DNA of 64,000 bases from Spirochaetales bacterium (GTDB lineage: Bacteria > Spirochaetota > Spirochaetia > SZUA-6 > JAFGRV01), in NCBI GenBank assembly GCA_016928415.1, contig JAFGKU010000048.1, positions 2,083-66,082 on the forward strand, given 5' to 3'. The notes beneath the pieces are model-generated. The model saw only the letters and a program-made list of their open reading frames with translations. It made no database searches and was not told where the DNA came from. A program made the translations under genes and the position numbers. The stretch's first letter is position 1. Every line of letters begins with the position of its first letter. Positions 46,351 through 56,448 of this stretch are shown in pieces.

Positions 46351-49343
46351 TATACCGACAGAGCTTCATTTCTCGTTTTAAGTTTGATCAATGGAGCATA
46401 TCTTCTGTTCGATGCCTTCTGCCAGAGCTGGTCGATGATTCTCTGCGCTTCCAAGTACCTTCCTTCTATATGGAGTTGTTCCGCCTTCCTGTATTCCCGC
46501 ATGTCCGATTCCGAAATTATGGAAACGGAAGACGGTTCTATATAGCTCAATATCCTGTCCTTCAGGCTTTTAGCCGCCTGGTTGTCGGGATTTTTTTTCA
46601 ACGCCTCGTTGACCTGATTCAGGGCAATGGAATATTTTTCCGTTTCCCTGTTGTCTACTATCTTCCTTGCATTTCTTGTCAGAACCTCCGACTCCCTCAC
46701 CATCTGCGGGTCAGGCGGTTTCACCCTCAAACCCAGCCTTAATTCCAGGTCGTAGATGGCATTGGCCAGTTTAGGATACCTGGGGTCGATTTCCTCCAGG
46801 TCCTTGAGTTCATTGTAAATTCTTCTTAATTCCACTACATTATTGCTGTTTTTTGATGCCAGGGATTCATTGATGGCCCGGGCAAAATTCCGGGTAAATT
46901 CCTCCTGGTCGTTCTCCTTCTGTATCATGAGCTGGAGAACCCTGGCATCCTTGTTAAAGGGAAAAGAAAGAAGGATGTTCAGGAGTTTTGTGTTTGCCCT
47001 GGCAAAATACCCGTCCCCCTCGGTTTTTTCCCCCTGACGGTACAGGCTCCGCCCTTTCGTATAATCCTCCTTGGCAAGATTGAATAACTGGCTCATATCC
47101 TTGTAAAGAGGGTCTTTTTCGGAAATTACACGAGCCGATTTAATGGATAGGGCCGTCAGCACATAGGCAAGCCACACATCGATTTCCTCGTTAGGCGTAT
47201 TCCCCTGCGTGTCTTCCCAGCGCGTCCTTGCCTGCAGCAATGTGTCCTGGGCGTCTTCATACAGGCCATTGCTGTACTGGTTTTTCCCACGCTTAATAAG
47301 CTTCCGGACGTCCTTAATTACCAGTTCGTTTTCGAGAACGGTGATCCTCTGGGCAAAGGCAATAAGCGTTGAATCCCTCAGTTTCCTCACTTCAGGGTCT
47401 TCCTGGTGCTTAAGCGAATTGCCGTAAGCCTCGGATGCAATCTGGATTTTCTGACGGGCCGTCTCATACTTTAAATTTTTTACCAGGCTCATGGCTTCCC
47501 CGTACCGGAGATCACCTTCTTTTTTGAACTTGCCCGCCTGGAAAATATGATCTTCGGCAATGGCCGCCTGGTCAGCAATATTCCGCCTCAATTCAGCCGA
47601 ATTTAAAACGAGGGTATCGCTGCGGCTATTGATGGCTGTCATGTCTTCGGAATTTTCAAAGTATTGGTCATTGGTTTTGAGATAATCCTTCAGTTCGTTT
47701 ACCTTTGCTTCCAGCACTAATAGAAGCTCCTGCATGCCCTTGAACCTGGTAAGGCGCCTCTGGGGGTAGTAACGGACCAGATTATCCACCTCTTCCCCCT
47801 CAGCCAGTAATACTTTTTCCGATTCATAATCCTTTTCAATATCGTCATAAACAGCGTCTAAAATTCCATAGTTATCCTTGAGAAAGGAGGCGATTGTCGA
47901 AATACAAAAATTGATGATTTCCCCTGTTTCCGTTTCATTGTATCTCAGCGTTGTCTCCTGTTTCCGCTTCTTGATGTAATTATCCCAATCCTCCAGGATG
48001 CCTTTTATATTGTTTACAATCGAGACGATCTCCGGCTGAAGCCGGTTTAAGTCATTGATGGTGACTTTTTTGTCCTTTTCGGAATATTTACCGATGATCT
48101 CACCGTAACGTGACAAATCAATATAGGTAAGGCATTTCCTGGCCGCCTCCTGGGCATCCATAAAATCGGGATACTGGGGCAACATCAGCCAGCCGTCCTT
48201 TTTCCTTAAATCCGGCAATGGATTCAGCGGAATCTTTGCCTCGTTAAAATAGGAAATTTTCATGTCCAGTTTATAATACGTAAAAGCCGTTCCCAGGTTC
48301 TCACGGGCGGACTCATATTCCCTGGCAAGGAATTCCTCCTGGGCCCCGGTGAATAAAGCGCCTCCCGTCTCCGTTATTTTTTCCTTTATCGATTTTCTTT
48401 TACCGTCCGCGATCAAACGGAGTACGTCATTGATACCTTCTTCTTCTTCTCTTGAAGAACGGCCGTCGATAACCTGGTACATCGTATTAAGGAAATAGGG
48501 AGCCGTATTTTCATACGAACTTTCCCTGTACCTGGTATTTAAATTATTTACAATGAGGGACTCCTTCTCGATGTTGCCGGAAAGATCGGACAGCTGTGTC
48601 AATAAACCGATAACGGAATCAAGTTCTTTTTCCATTTCAATGCCGGTTGACCCTCCGATAGCGGCGAGAATCCTGTCTGAAGCTTCGTCCAGGGTTTTAC
48701 CCTTCATCCCGTAGATCATTGTATCCCGTTCAATGGTGGTGAGGGCACTCCTGATTGACTCCTGCTCAATGTCGCCTATGACATCGGAATAGAATACGGA
48801 ACGGTTGAAATCCAGGCCTTCCCCGTCATACCCCCCTGCCAGGCACGCCGTATAAACGGACAAGGCATCATAATATTTCCCTTCATTAATGAAAACCAGG
48901 GCCTTGTCCATGATTTCATTGAAATAATTGAAATTGGCTATCAAAATGGAAGCATCCTTGGCCAATGCAATGGTTTTCCTGGTCTGATCATTCGGATTAG
49001 GGTCGAGATCTTCCAGCCGTTTGATAATTTCTATCCCTTTTTCCACATCCTGATCAACATAGAGGGTGGTTATCAATTCCTCGTACATCCTGTTATATTG
49101 ATTCCTGATTTCAAGTATCTGGTTGGATAGTGTAACGGCTTCTTCATACTGATCGGGATTGTATTTGATTATCTCTGAAAGGATAAGCAGGGCCTCGTTG
49201 TATTTTTTTTCTGCAATCAAGTTCTTCGCTTCATCCAGCCTGCTTTCCTGTTGTCCGGAAGCGGACAAAAAGGCGGATATCACTGTCATCAGCAGAAGAA
49301 TGAGTAAAATTCCTGTAAAACGCCGGTTTTTATCGGTAAACAT
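46350..49343 (-). CDS. Large periplasmic TPR/helical protein
   Basis: Signal peptide (FLSA-SGQQE) and many TPR-like helices; 1-bp overlap with the downstream ATG. Start chosen at MFTDK (the track extends to 49385). Confidence 0.82.
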   Translation of the reverse strand: MFTDKNRRFTGILLILLLMTVISAFLSASGQQESRLDEAKNLIAEKKYNEALLILSEIIKYNPDQYEEAVTLSNQILEIRNQYNRMYEELITTLYVDQDVEKGIEIIKRLEDLDPNPNDQTRKTIALAKDASILIANFNYFNEIMDKALVFINEGKYYDALSVYTACLAGGYDGEGLDFNRSVFYSDVIGDIEQESIRSALTTIERDTMIYGMKGKTLDEASDRILAAIGGSTGIEMEKELDSVIGLLTQLSDLSGNIEKESLIVNNLNTRYRESSYENTAPYFLNTMYQVIDGRSSREEEEGINDVLRLIADGKRKSIKEKITETGGALFTGAQEEFLAREYESARENLGTAFTYYKLDMKISYFNEAKIPLNPLPDLRKKDGWLMLPQYPDFMDAQEAARKCLTYIDLSRYGEIIGKYSEKDKKVTINDLNRLQPEIVSIVNNIKGILEDWDNYIKKRKQETTLRYNETETGEIINFCISTIASFLKDNYGILDAVYDDIEKDYESEKVLLAEGEEVDNLVRYYPQRRLTRFKGMQELLLVLEAKVNELKDYLKTNDQYFENSEDMTAINSRSDTLVLNSAELRRNIADQAAIAEDHIFQAGKFKKEGDLRYGEAMSLVKNLKYETARQKIQIASEAYGNSLKHQEDPEVRKLRDSTLIAFAQRITVLENELVIKDVRKLIKRGKNQYSNGLYEDAQDTLLQARTRWEDTQGNTPNEEIDVWLAYVLTALSIKSARVISEKDPLYKDMSQLFNLAKEDYTKGRSLYRQGEKTEGDGYFARANTKLLNILLSFPFNKDARVLQLMIQKENDQEEFTRNFARAINESLASKNSNNVVELRRIYNELKDLEEIDPRYPKLANAIYDLELRLGLRVKPPDPQMVRESEVLTRNARKIVDNRETEKYSIALNQVNEALKKNPDNQAAKSLKDRILSYIEPSSVSIISESDMREYRKAEQLHIEGRYLEAQRIIDQLWQKASNRRYAPLIKLKTRNEALSV

Positions 49344-49757
49344 CCGGTTTTTCCTTACCAGGGATATCCAGATACATATACTCAAAACAGTACACTGGGA
49401 GTCCTATTATAATAATACTACAAATCTACTATACCAATTAATAGTATTATAGCAAATTTACTATATATATCGGTAAAAATGGAAGATAAGTGGCTTTATT
49501 TTCATAAAATCCCTGGCATTATTCAATCTCCCTTATACTATTCTATACATTTTTTAAGAAAAAATCTGGATGCCTGAACAATGACTTTTATTTAAGTAAT
49601 TCTTTATAATACAATAAAATATGCTGTTTAGTCGCCTGTATCCGGCCTTCAGGACCTCATTTTTTATCCAGTTTCCTGATTCAATATTGGAATTCCCGGT
49701 TAATAAATTATGGAAATTAACCGTGAATAAATGTATATTTATATCAGAGAAGGACTC

Positions 49758-50984
49758 ATGATTAAATACGGACTGATACTGGTAATCATTCTATTAATTT
49801 CTTTTTTGCCGGTTTATGCGGAATATTCCGATTTCTATGGTGACTATAGTGATTTTTGGCAGCTTTTTATCGATCCCAACACAGGCTTAACGATATTTCC
49901 AACATTACTAATACCCATAGGCGGCAAGCTGGAAGGAATGGGAACCGCTTATACCGCCATGGCAAACGATTCCGGTTATATCGAGTCAAATCCGGCGGGA
50001 AGTGCCGGGCTGGATTTCGACGAACTTGCCATTCTCCATCATGCCTGGATTGCTGATTCAAATATCGAAGGAATCATATATGCCAGCCGAATGGGGAATT
50101 TGGGATACGGTGTCAGCGGCAAATTCCTCTATATTCCCTTTACACATTACAATGCCTGGGGCGACAGGGCGGCTTCAGACTTTATTTCAGAATCAATCCT
50201 GACTGCCAATGTCTCGTACAACCTTTTTTCCAGCCCCTACTTTTACGGTCTTTTGATAGGTGTCAATGCAAAACTGGCTTACAGGAATATCCCGGAAGTC
50301 ATCTACCCCGGCCAAAGCACCTTGGGCGTGATGGGTGATTTCGGTATCCTGACGCGTTTTGATTTCCTGAAATTCTTTGTTTCAAGAAACAAGAATTTAT
50401 CGATCGGTGCCACGCTGAAAAATTTGGGACTTCCGGCCCTCGATGAACCTTTACCCACCCTTTTCTCCTGCGGTATTGCCTATACATTCATCAATCCCAT
50501 TACGCTGGCCGTGGATTACAATTTGCCGATCAGTTTTGACCCCGTAAATTACCCGGCCCAGCTCTGGTACCTGGCTTTCGGCATGAATATAGATTTTACC
50601 AAGTTCATCTCCCTGCAGGCCGGTTTTGTTCTCAAGGAAAATCCCAGGATCAGTATCGGTGCAGCCCTTGATCTTAACGAGGTACAGATAGTCACCAATT
50701 ATAACCTTGACCTGAGCGGAAGCCTGAATCCTGCTGATAAATTCAGCGTGGAGGCCAAAATCAAGCTGAATTACAAGGAACATATGCAACTGCGGCAAAA
50801 AGTGGATGAATTGTTTGCCAAAGGTCTGGAAGCCTATGCCGAAGGCGATTTTAAACTCGCATTGGAGTATTGGGAGGAAACTTTAAAATTGGACCCGAAA
50901 TTCAGCATTGCCCTTGAATATATCGAGACCACCCGTAAATTCATCGATCTGCAGAAAGATATGGAAGATAAACAAAAAATGTAA
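49758..50984 (+). CDS. UPF0164-family (FadL/PorV-like) outer-membrane protein with C-terminal TPR
   Basis: DPNTGLTIFPTLLIPIGGKLEGMGTAYTA..D....ESNPAGS and HHAWIADS; C-terminal TPR (ALEYWEETLKLDP). Confidence 0.85.
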   Translation: MIKYGLILVIILLISFLPVYAEYSDFYGDYSDFWQLFIDPNTGLTIFPTLLIPIGGKLEGMGTAYTAMANDSGYIESNPAGSAGLDFDELAILHHAWIADSNIEGIIYASRMGNLGYGVSGKFLYIPFTHYNAWGDRAASDFISESILTANVSYNLFSSPYFYGLLIGVNAKLAYRNIPEVIYPGQSTLGVMGDFGILTRFDFLKFFVSRNKNLSIGATLKNLGLPALDEPLPTLFSCGIAYTFINPITLAVDYNLPISFDPVNYPAQLWYLAFGMNIDFTKFISLQAGFVLKENPRISIGAALDLNEVQIVTNYNLDLSGSLNPADKFSVEAKIKLNYKEHMQLRQKVDELFAKGLEAYAEGDFKLALEYWEETLKLDPKFSIALEYIETTRKFIDLQKDMEDKQKM

Positions 50985-50989
50985 ACTAA

Positions 50990-51388
50990 ATGGAAACAGA
51001 TCTGAAAATAGAACACATTGCCCTTTGGACGAAAAATCTTAAAACCCTTAAATCCTTTTACATGAATTATTTTAACTGCAGCGTGACAAATAAATATATC
51101 AACCGGGAAAAACAATTTGAATCATACTTCCTTCAATTCAAGGAAGGAACCCGGCTTGAACTGATGTCGATACCGGGGCTCTCGGGACATTCCGGAAACA
51201 AAAACAGGCAATGCGGTCTGGCTCATTTCGCCGTGTCCCTGGGTTCAAGGAAGGCGGTCATTGATTTGACCGAAAGATGCAGAGCAGACGGTATCCCCAT
51301 TCAGTCGGAGCCCAGGTATACCGGCGACAATTATTTTGAAAGTATAATACTGGACCCTGACGGCAACATCATCGAGTTAACGGAATAA
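50990..51388 (+). CDS. VOC/glyoxalase-family protein
   Basis: IEHIALW, RLELM, HFAVSLGS, EPRYTGDNYFES and DPDGNIIE. Confidence 0.9.
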   Translation: METDLKIEHIALWTKNLKTLKSFYMNYFNCSVTNKYINREKQFESYFLQFKEGTRLELMSIPGLSGHSGNKNRQCGLAHFAVSLGSRKAVIDLTERCRADGIPIQSEPRYTGDNYFESIILDPDGNIIELTE

Positions 51389-51389
51389 T

Positions 51390-52577
51390 CTATTCTCCCG
51401 TCATTATCTTCTTTATTTTCGGTATCTCGTCGCCGAGCTTTTTCTCCATCAATTCAGCGGCGCCGCGCAGGGCATTAATGATGGCAGTTTCCTTTGACCC
51501 GCCCTGGGCATGCGTATTTTTCGCTTTCTCCAACGTCACCCTGGTTTCAAACAGTACTTTTCCATCAGCCACCCGGATAACCCTCAAGGTGGCGCGCGCC
51601 TCGGAGATAAAACCCTTTAATTTTTTACCCCTGAATTCAAGCTGGGCAACATTGAAGCAGTCGTTTAATACGACGACAAGGTACGAAACTCCCTTCTCCA
51701 GACTCAATTTCTTTATGGACTTCGTGTCTCCGCCGTAAATCTTCATGAATTCTTTTCCCATGAGACTGCCATTGTACATGGTAAAGTCAAAAGCCACATC
51801 TTTAAGCTTGTTGTAAACCGGATCAAAAATAACGGGGTCATTGGCCTCCCCTTCCTCCGATTTTTCCAGGACGAGTATCGTCGCCCTGTTGGCGGGCGGT
51901 TCGAAAAGAAAATCCCTGTTAAGTCCCTCAAATGTATAGGTATAACCCTTTTCACGGACCACTATACTGGCCCTGATGATATTCTGTGTATTGGCGTTGT
52001 CAAATTTCGCCACCTTGCAGGAAGCCTGGCCCAATTCATTCGTGTTCACGGAACCGGAAATAATCCCGCCGCCTTTAATGAATTTAAAGGTGACAGGCGC
52101 ATTGGCGACTATCCATTTGGACCCGCTGACATTATAGGTAAGGCGAACGGAAGGAACCACCTCCAGATTCAGCGTGCTCCCGTGTTTCTGGTTTCCCTTT
52201 TCGTCAACCCATTCGTTTTCATCCACATCGAGGGAGAGGGAAGATTTCAATTTATTCAATTCTATTTCAGCCTCTTCTGCATATGTTTCCGCTTCCTCGG
52301 AAGGTTTTGCCTTGTTTTCATTTTCAGCGAGAACGGAAACAAGAAGCCTGATCCCTTCAGAAATATATCCGCCGTCGATTTTATCCATTCCTTGTTCATA
52401 ATATTCCTTCATCCTGTAAACCGGATCATCGGAAGAACCGTCGGCTCCGGGAACAAAATCGGCGGACTCTTTTTGAAGAGCTTCCTCCCTGTCCGCTTCT
52501 TTTCCCGGTACGGTAGTGACGCAGCCCGCCAGGAATAATACCAGACAGATGGCTATATGGATTGAATTTCTAATCAT
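51390..52577 (-). CDS. Hypothetical lipoprotein
   Basis: Lipobox LAG-C; 395-aa ORF with an Ig-like segment (NAPVTFKF..TNELGQA) and a C-terminal CsgG-like strand (LRVIRVADGKVLF). Confidence 0.75.
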   Translation of the reverse strand: MIRNSIHIAICLVLFLAGCVTTVPGKEADREEALQKESADFVPGADGSSDDPVYRMKEYYEQGMDKIDGGYISEGIRLLVSVLAENENKAKPSEEAETYAEEAEIELNKLKSSLSLDVDENEWVDEKGNQKHGSTLNLEVVPSVRLTYNVSGSKWIVANAPVTFKFIKGGGIISGSVNTNELGQASCKVAKFDNANTQNIIRASIVVREKGYTYTFEGLNRDFLFEPPANRATILVLEKSEEGEANDPVIFDPVYNKLKDVAFDFTMYNGSLMGKEFMKIYGGDTKSIKKLSLEKGVSYLVVVLNDCFNVAQLEFRGKKLKGFISEARATLRVIRVADGKVLFETRVTLEKAKNTHAQGGSKETAIINALRGAAELMEKKLGDEIPKIKKIMTGE

Positions 52578-52626
52578 CTCTGTAAACTCCTATGGTTTCA
52601 TCTAAAGCACCGAAACAGGCGCCTAT

Positions 52627-53337
52627 CTACCATTTTACATCAAAAACAAGATTTTTACCATTGATGATCAAATCTTTGACCGAAATAGAGTAAAAAAGTG
52701 TCCTTTTATCGGGCTGCAGGGTTCCCATTGATTTTTCATAAATGGCCGAGGGCACTGTTATGGAAAAAGAGAAATATTCATCAATGAGGATTTCATTCCA
52801 TATCGCCTTGTCTTCCGGGGTCAGATCCATATCCGGCAGCCTGATTTCTTCATGGAAAAAATGGTGAGAACCGTTTTTTATGAAAAACAGATCCTTTTCC
52901 CCCAGGCCATGTATTTCAGCCAGGTCATGAACCGTTTTAAATCTCAATCCCGCTGTGATGCTGTAAGAGTTCCCGTTTTCTTCCATTGCGTATTCTTCCA
53001 GTTCAACACCTTCTTTCCCGACAAGGAGTCTTTCAAAATCGGCTCTTGCCACGGGAAAGGGCAAAAAATCGCTACTGCGATTAGGGTTGTGCGCAGGCAA
53101 AAAATCGCTACTGCGATTAGGGTTGTGCGCGGGCAAAAAATCGCTACTGCGATTAGGGTTGTGCGCGGGCAAATCATAGGTTTGTGCCAGCTCTTTTGAA
53201 ATAAGATACCTTATGAAGAAGGTCCCTCCCCCATCATTATCCAGAACCAGTGAATTTTCCATGCTCAAACAGGAAGAGAGGATAATGATCGGAAAAAGGT
53301 AAAAAAGGATCCGGGTTTTCATGTCAATATTTTCCAT
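52627..53337 (-). CDS. Hypothetical lipoprotein carrying an in-frame 12-aa triplication
   Basis: Lipobox LSS-C; (LPAHNPNRSSDF)x3. Confidence 0.75.
   Translation of the reverse strand: MENIDMKTRILFYLFPIIILSSCLSMENSLVLDNDGGGTFFIRYLISKELAQTYDLPAHNPNRSSDFLPAHNPNRSSDFLPAHNPNRSSDFLPFPVARADFERLLVGKEGVELEEYAMEENGNSYSITAGLRFKTVHDLAEIHGLGEKDLFFIKNGSHHFFHEEIRLPDMDLTPEDKAIWNEILIDEYFSFSITVPSAIYEKSMGTLQPDKRTLFYSISVKDLIINGKNLVFDVKW
53059..53173. repeat. 36-bp tandem repeat, 3 copies plus a 7-bp partial, each with an internal hairpin
   Basis: GGGCAAAAAATCGCTACTGCGATTAGGGTTGTGCGC at 53059, 53095 (first base A) and 53131; internal hairpin AATCGC-TACT-GCGATT. Confidence 0.95.
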
Positions 53338-53415
53338 AATTATAACAAAATACGATTTACGAGGTCAATCCGTAATAAAACGCTTTAGCGTTTTGGTGTC
53401 CGGTGCCGCGCATAC

Positions 53416-53450
53416 AAAAAAGGGCACTGCCGTGTTTACGGCAGTGCCCT
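53416..53450 (-). terminator. flaA intrinsic terminator
   Basis: AGGGCACTGCCGT-N4-ACGGCAGTGCCCT 13-bp stem followed by a U-tract on the minus strand. Confidence 0.88.
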
Positions 53451-53482
53451 GATTTATCTGTGTTTGATTCCGGATGAAGGAA

Positions 53483-54493
53483 CTATTCTTTCTGGTAGCC
53501 GTCCATTTTCTGTTCTTCAAGAACTTCAAGTACCATCCTGGCGCCGAGGCGTTTATATTCAGCCTGTTTCCTGGCTTCATTCCTGTCCTGCAGAATATGC
53601 CAGATTGATTCATCGTCGATCTGGGGTTCTTCAAGATCAAGTACGGCCTGATCATAGGTTACCTTGATATCTTTTACGTACGTGATAAAGTCACCGCCGA
53701 TGGCGTTGGCATCCCTGTAAATGATCAACCCAATGAACTTGATAAAAGGAACCGCCCTCGGGTACAGGGGATATTTCTGTAATTCGCGGTTTCTCACATC
53801 ACCTACGTAATTGGGATTGACCCAACCCCTGTTTCCCCAGCCTTCATAGTCCAGGTATCCGCAGGCATACCTTTTTTCTTCATATTTTTCGTTCATGAGG
53901 ATTACTTCAACGGCATGCGGGTAGTTGGCGCCATATATCGTCATATCGATACTCTTTATGACACCTACATTCTTTAAAACACCGATCCCGTCGAATTTTT
54001 CGCCCTTACCGATGTCGGCATCGGCAACGGTGAGTGATCCGTCCGCCGCTACCGTATCCTTGTCCTGGTAAGCTTGAATCTCAAACGGCGGTTTAATAAT
54101 GGCATACGAATTAAAATTGGACTCCGGGAATTTGATCCTGACACCAAGAATTTTTTTGCTTTTCATGTCCTGGCCCTTGTAATCCCTTGCATTGGCGGTT
54201 GTTTCCGCTTCCTTGGTAAAGCAGAGAGACTGCCTTGCAACTGTGGCTGACGATGATGCAAGGACCACCCTCCATTTTCCAAGTGCCAGCGACGATACCA
54301 TTTTCGCCTTTTCCTCTTCGGTAAACTGGGCTCCGGCCTCCCGGCTGTAGTTAATGAGTGTTCTTTCATTATCCCTGGGCGGGTCGCCGTAATCTGCTCC
54401 CAGTTCCGAAAAATCAATCAAAGTACTTGTCAAGGAAAATGCTAGACTACATGTAACCAGTAAAAAAATTCCAAAGAAAATTCCTCGTTTCAT
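53483..54493 (-). CDS. flaA: Flagellar filament outer-layer (sheath) protein FlaA
   Basis: Signal peptide; LIDFSEL, LGVRIKFP...NSYAIIKPPFEI, GIGVLKNVGVIKSI, NPNYV.DVRNREL..YPLYP and GGDFITY.KDIKV.YD. Confidence 0.93.
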   Translation of the reverse strand: MKRGIFFGIFLLVTCSLAFSLTSTLIDFSELGADYGDPPRDNERTLINYSREAGAQFTEEEKAKMVSSLALGKWRVVLASSSATVARQSLCFTKEAETTANARDYKGQDMKSKKILGVRIKFPESNFNSYAIIKPPFEIQAYQDKDTVAADGSLTVADADIGKGEKFDGIGVLKNVGVIKSIDMTIYGANYPHAVEVILMNEKYEEKRYACGYLDYEGWGNRGWVNPNYVGDVRNRELQKYPLYPRAVPFIKFIGLIIYRDANAIGGDFITYVKDIKVTYDQAVLDLEEPQIDDESIWHILQDRNEARKQAEYKRLGARMVLEVLEEQKMDGYQKE

Positions 54494-54533
54494 TTATAGA
54501 CTCCTTTCGCACTTAACTACGGTTTTATCTAAA

Positions 54534-54561
54534 ATTATAGTAATGGAGAAAGCTTTGTCAA
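54534..54561 (-). promoter_or_regulatory. flaA sigma70 promoter with A-rich UP element
   Basis: TTGACA-N16-TATAAT, with an A-tract upstream of the -35. Confidence 0.75.
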
Positions 54562-54811
54562 CGAATTTTATTTTTTTTTATGGAAAAATGGCCGGTTCTT
54601 CAATAAATCACAATTCTTCTACCCAAACGATACATTGAAACAAACCTGTATCTTCCGGACCCCGGGAAAAACAGCCTGCTTTTTCGAGATTAAAAAAATG
54701 ACTTAAAAATAACATATCGATATGCTGTAATTATAACTTTAATTGCCAGATATATAGCTGTTTTTTCGGAGGTTTTACACATTGCTTCTTGAAAGAAAGC
54801 AATGTTGGGGT

Positions 54812-55339
54812 CTATTTTACCATATCCTCTACATAACGCATTTCCAGTTTTTGTCCGGATTCCTCACCCCTGTTAAAGACCGGGACCTGGCCGTTGATGA
54901 AAAAAATAATGTCCTTGAGGCCCGGAAAATTAAATTTCAATGTATTGATGACACTTTGAAAAATATCAACATAACTTAAGGGAAATTCCTTGTCCAGAAA
55001 CAGTATATCCCTGGAGAAATTCAGGTATAAAACCTCCTCTTCCTCCTTGAATAAAAGTGACACGAGCCTGGTTTTATAGGGAAAAAGCAATGTGCTTTGT
55101 TTGTTCATTGGTCCGTATACAAGTTCTTCCAGGAGATTCTGGATATCTTCTTCCGTCGACTCCTTTTTGTTCAAATACCGTTCTTCACCAATCAGTTTAT
55201 TCGTGAATTTTTCGGGAAAAAAAAGAATCCGGCGTACGTAGCCGGCCCTGTTTACCAGATAAAAAATAAGGGAAAGCGTGAACAGGAATACGATTATTCC
55301 CGAGAAAATCAGCAGATAGTGTTTAAATTTTATTTCCAC
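54812..55339 (-). CDS. GerMN-domain membrane protein
   Basis: N-terminal TM helix; LLEELVYGP...LFP..TRL....LYLNFS and TL..NFP....IIFFING. Confidence 0.8.
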   Translation of the reverse strand: MEIKFKHYLLIFSGIIVFLFTLSLIFYLVNRAGYVRRILFFPEKFTNKLIGEERYLNKKESTEEDIQNLLEELVYGPMNKQSTLLFPYKTRLVSLLFKEEEEVLYLNFSRDILFLDKEFPLSYVDIFQSVINTLKFNFPGLKDIIFFINGQVPVFNRGEESGQKLEMRYVEDMVK

Positions 55340-55410
55340 GGAGCACCTCGATATTTAATGTTAAAAGCGGACTGCCTCAAGAACCGATGACTATCAGGAG
55401 GACCGCAAAA

Positions 55411-56448
55411 TCATTCTGTAAATCCCTTTGTCTTCTCAAATTTCGATACAAAATTAATGATGCCATTATACATGGAAGCACTCAACTTTTTCAAGTATTC
55501 AGAATCATTTAATAAAGCCGCCTCCTCCGGGTTTGTCACGAAACCGACCTCGATAAGGACGGACGGCATCTTGGCATTCCTGACGACGAACCAGGATTCC
55601 GCCTTGGTTCCCCTGCTTTCCGATATACCGCCCAGTTCCCTTGACATGCTTTCGATAATACTCTGTGCCAGAGTGATGCTTTCAATGGAAAACTCCTCCT
55701 CCAGCATGGTATTGAGGATGGGCAGAATATTTTTTTCATCCTCATCGAGTTTTTTCTCATCAATAAGGTCACGCCGGTAATCGATGGGCAAATACCAGAC
55801 CTCGAAGCCTTTGGCCCTTGTATTGAAACTGGCATTGGCATGGATGGAAACAAATATAATCGCTTCATTTTCCTTGAGCGGGATGCTGTTTGCCAGGTTT
55901 GTTCGTTCTTCCAGTTTCAAAAAAGTATCGTCAGAACGTGTAAGAACGATTTTTTTATCCGTATATTTTTCCTTAAGCATCGCATAGAGGGTGGTTCCTA
56001 CTTCAAGCACGACATCCTTTTCCAGGACCTTGAAACTCCCTGATTTGGTTTTGTGAGTACCTATCGCGCCAGGGTCCGTTCCCCCGTGGCCCGGATCAAT
56101 CATTATACAGGCCACTTTGGGTACGAACACCTCATCCGCGTTTTCTGCAAAATACTTTTTAATTGTCGCCGCCGCCTCAACCGGAAGCAGAATTGTACCG
56201 TTTTTATCCCTTTTCCATTCCCCCGTTTTTACCAGGAGGGAATAATCGAAAATAAGCCAGGGAGTATCAATCTTGAAAAGAACAACACAGTTATTCTTTT
56301 GTATACAACCCGTTTCGGTCACCGGATTCCAGTAAAGAAGGGCATTCACTTCCTGCAAAAAATCGGTAAGCCCGGTGCTCTCTGAAAAAACGGGTAACAC
56401 GATAATGAAGAGCAGTAATACCGTTACAATGCGGCTGATTTTTCCCAT
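55411..56448 (-). CDS. N-acetylmuramoyl-L-alanine amidase (Amidase_3)
   Basis: IDPGHGGTDPGA, EKDVVL, LTRSDD, FVSIHANAS and PSVLIEVGFVTN; start at MGKIS after GGAG. Confidence 0.93.
   Translation of the reverse strand: MGKISRIVTVLLLFIIVLPVFSESTGLTDFLQEVNALLYWNPVTETGCIQKNNCVVLFKIDTPWLIFDYSLLVKTGEWKRDKNGTILLPVEAAATIKKYFAENADEVFVPKVACIMIDPGHGGTDPGAIGTHKTKSGSFKVLEKDVVLEVGTTLYAMLKEKYTDKKIVLTRSDDTFLKLEERTNLANSIPLKENEAIIFVSIHANASFNTRAKGFEVWYLPIDYRRDLIDEKKLDEDEKNILPILNTMLEEEFSIESITLAQSIIESMSRELGGISESRGTKAESWFVVRNAKMPSVLIEVGFVTNPEEAALLNDSEYLKKLSASMYNGIINFVSKFEKTKGFTE

Noticed and set aside
53059-53173. CRISPR array (36-bp repeats with a hairpin)
   Set aside because: The repeats abut with no spacers, lie in frame within a gene, and there are no cas genes or leader in the window.
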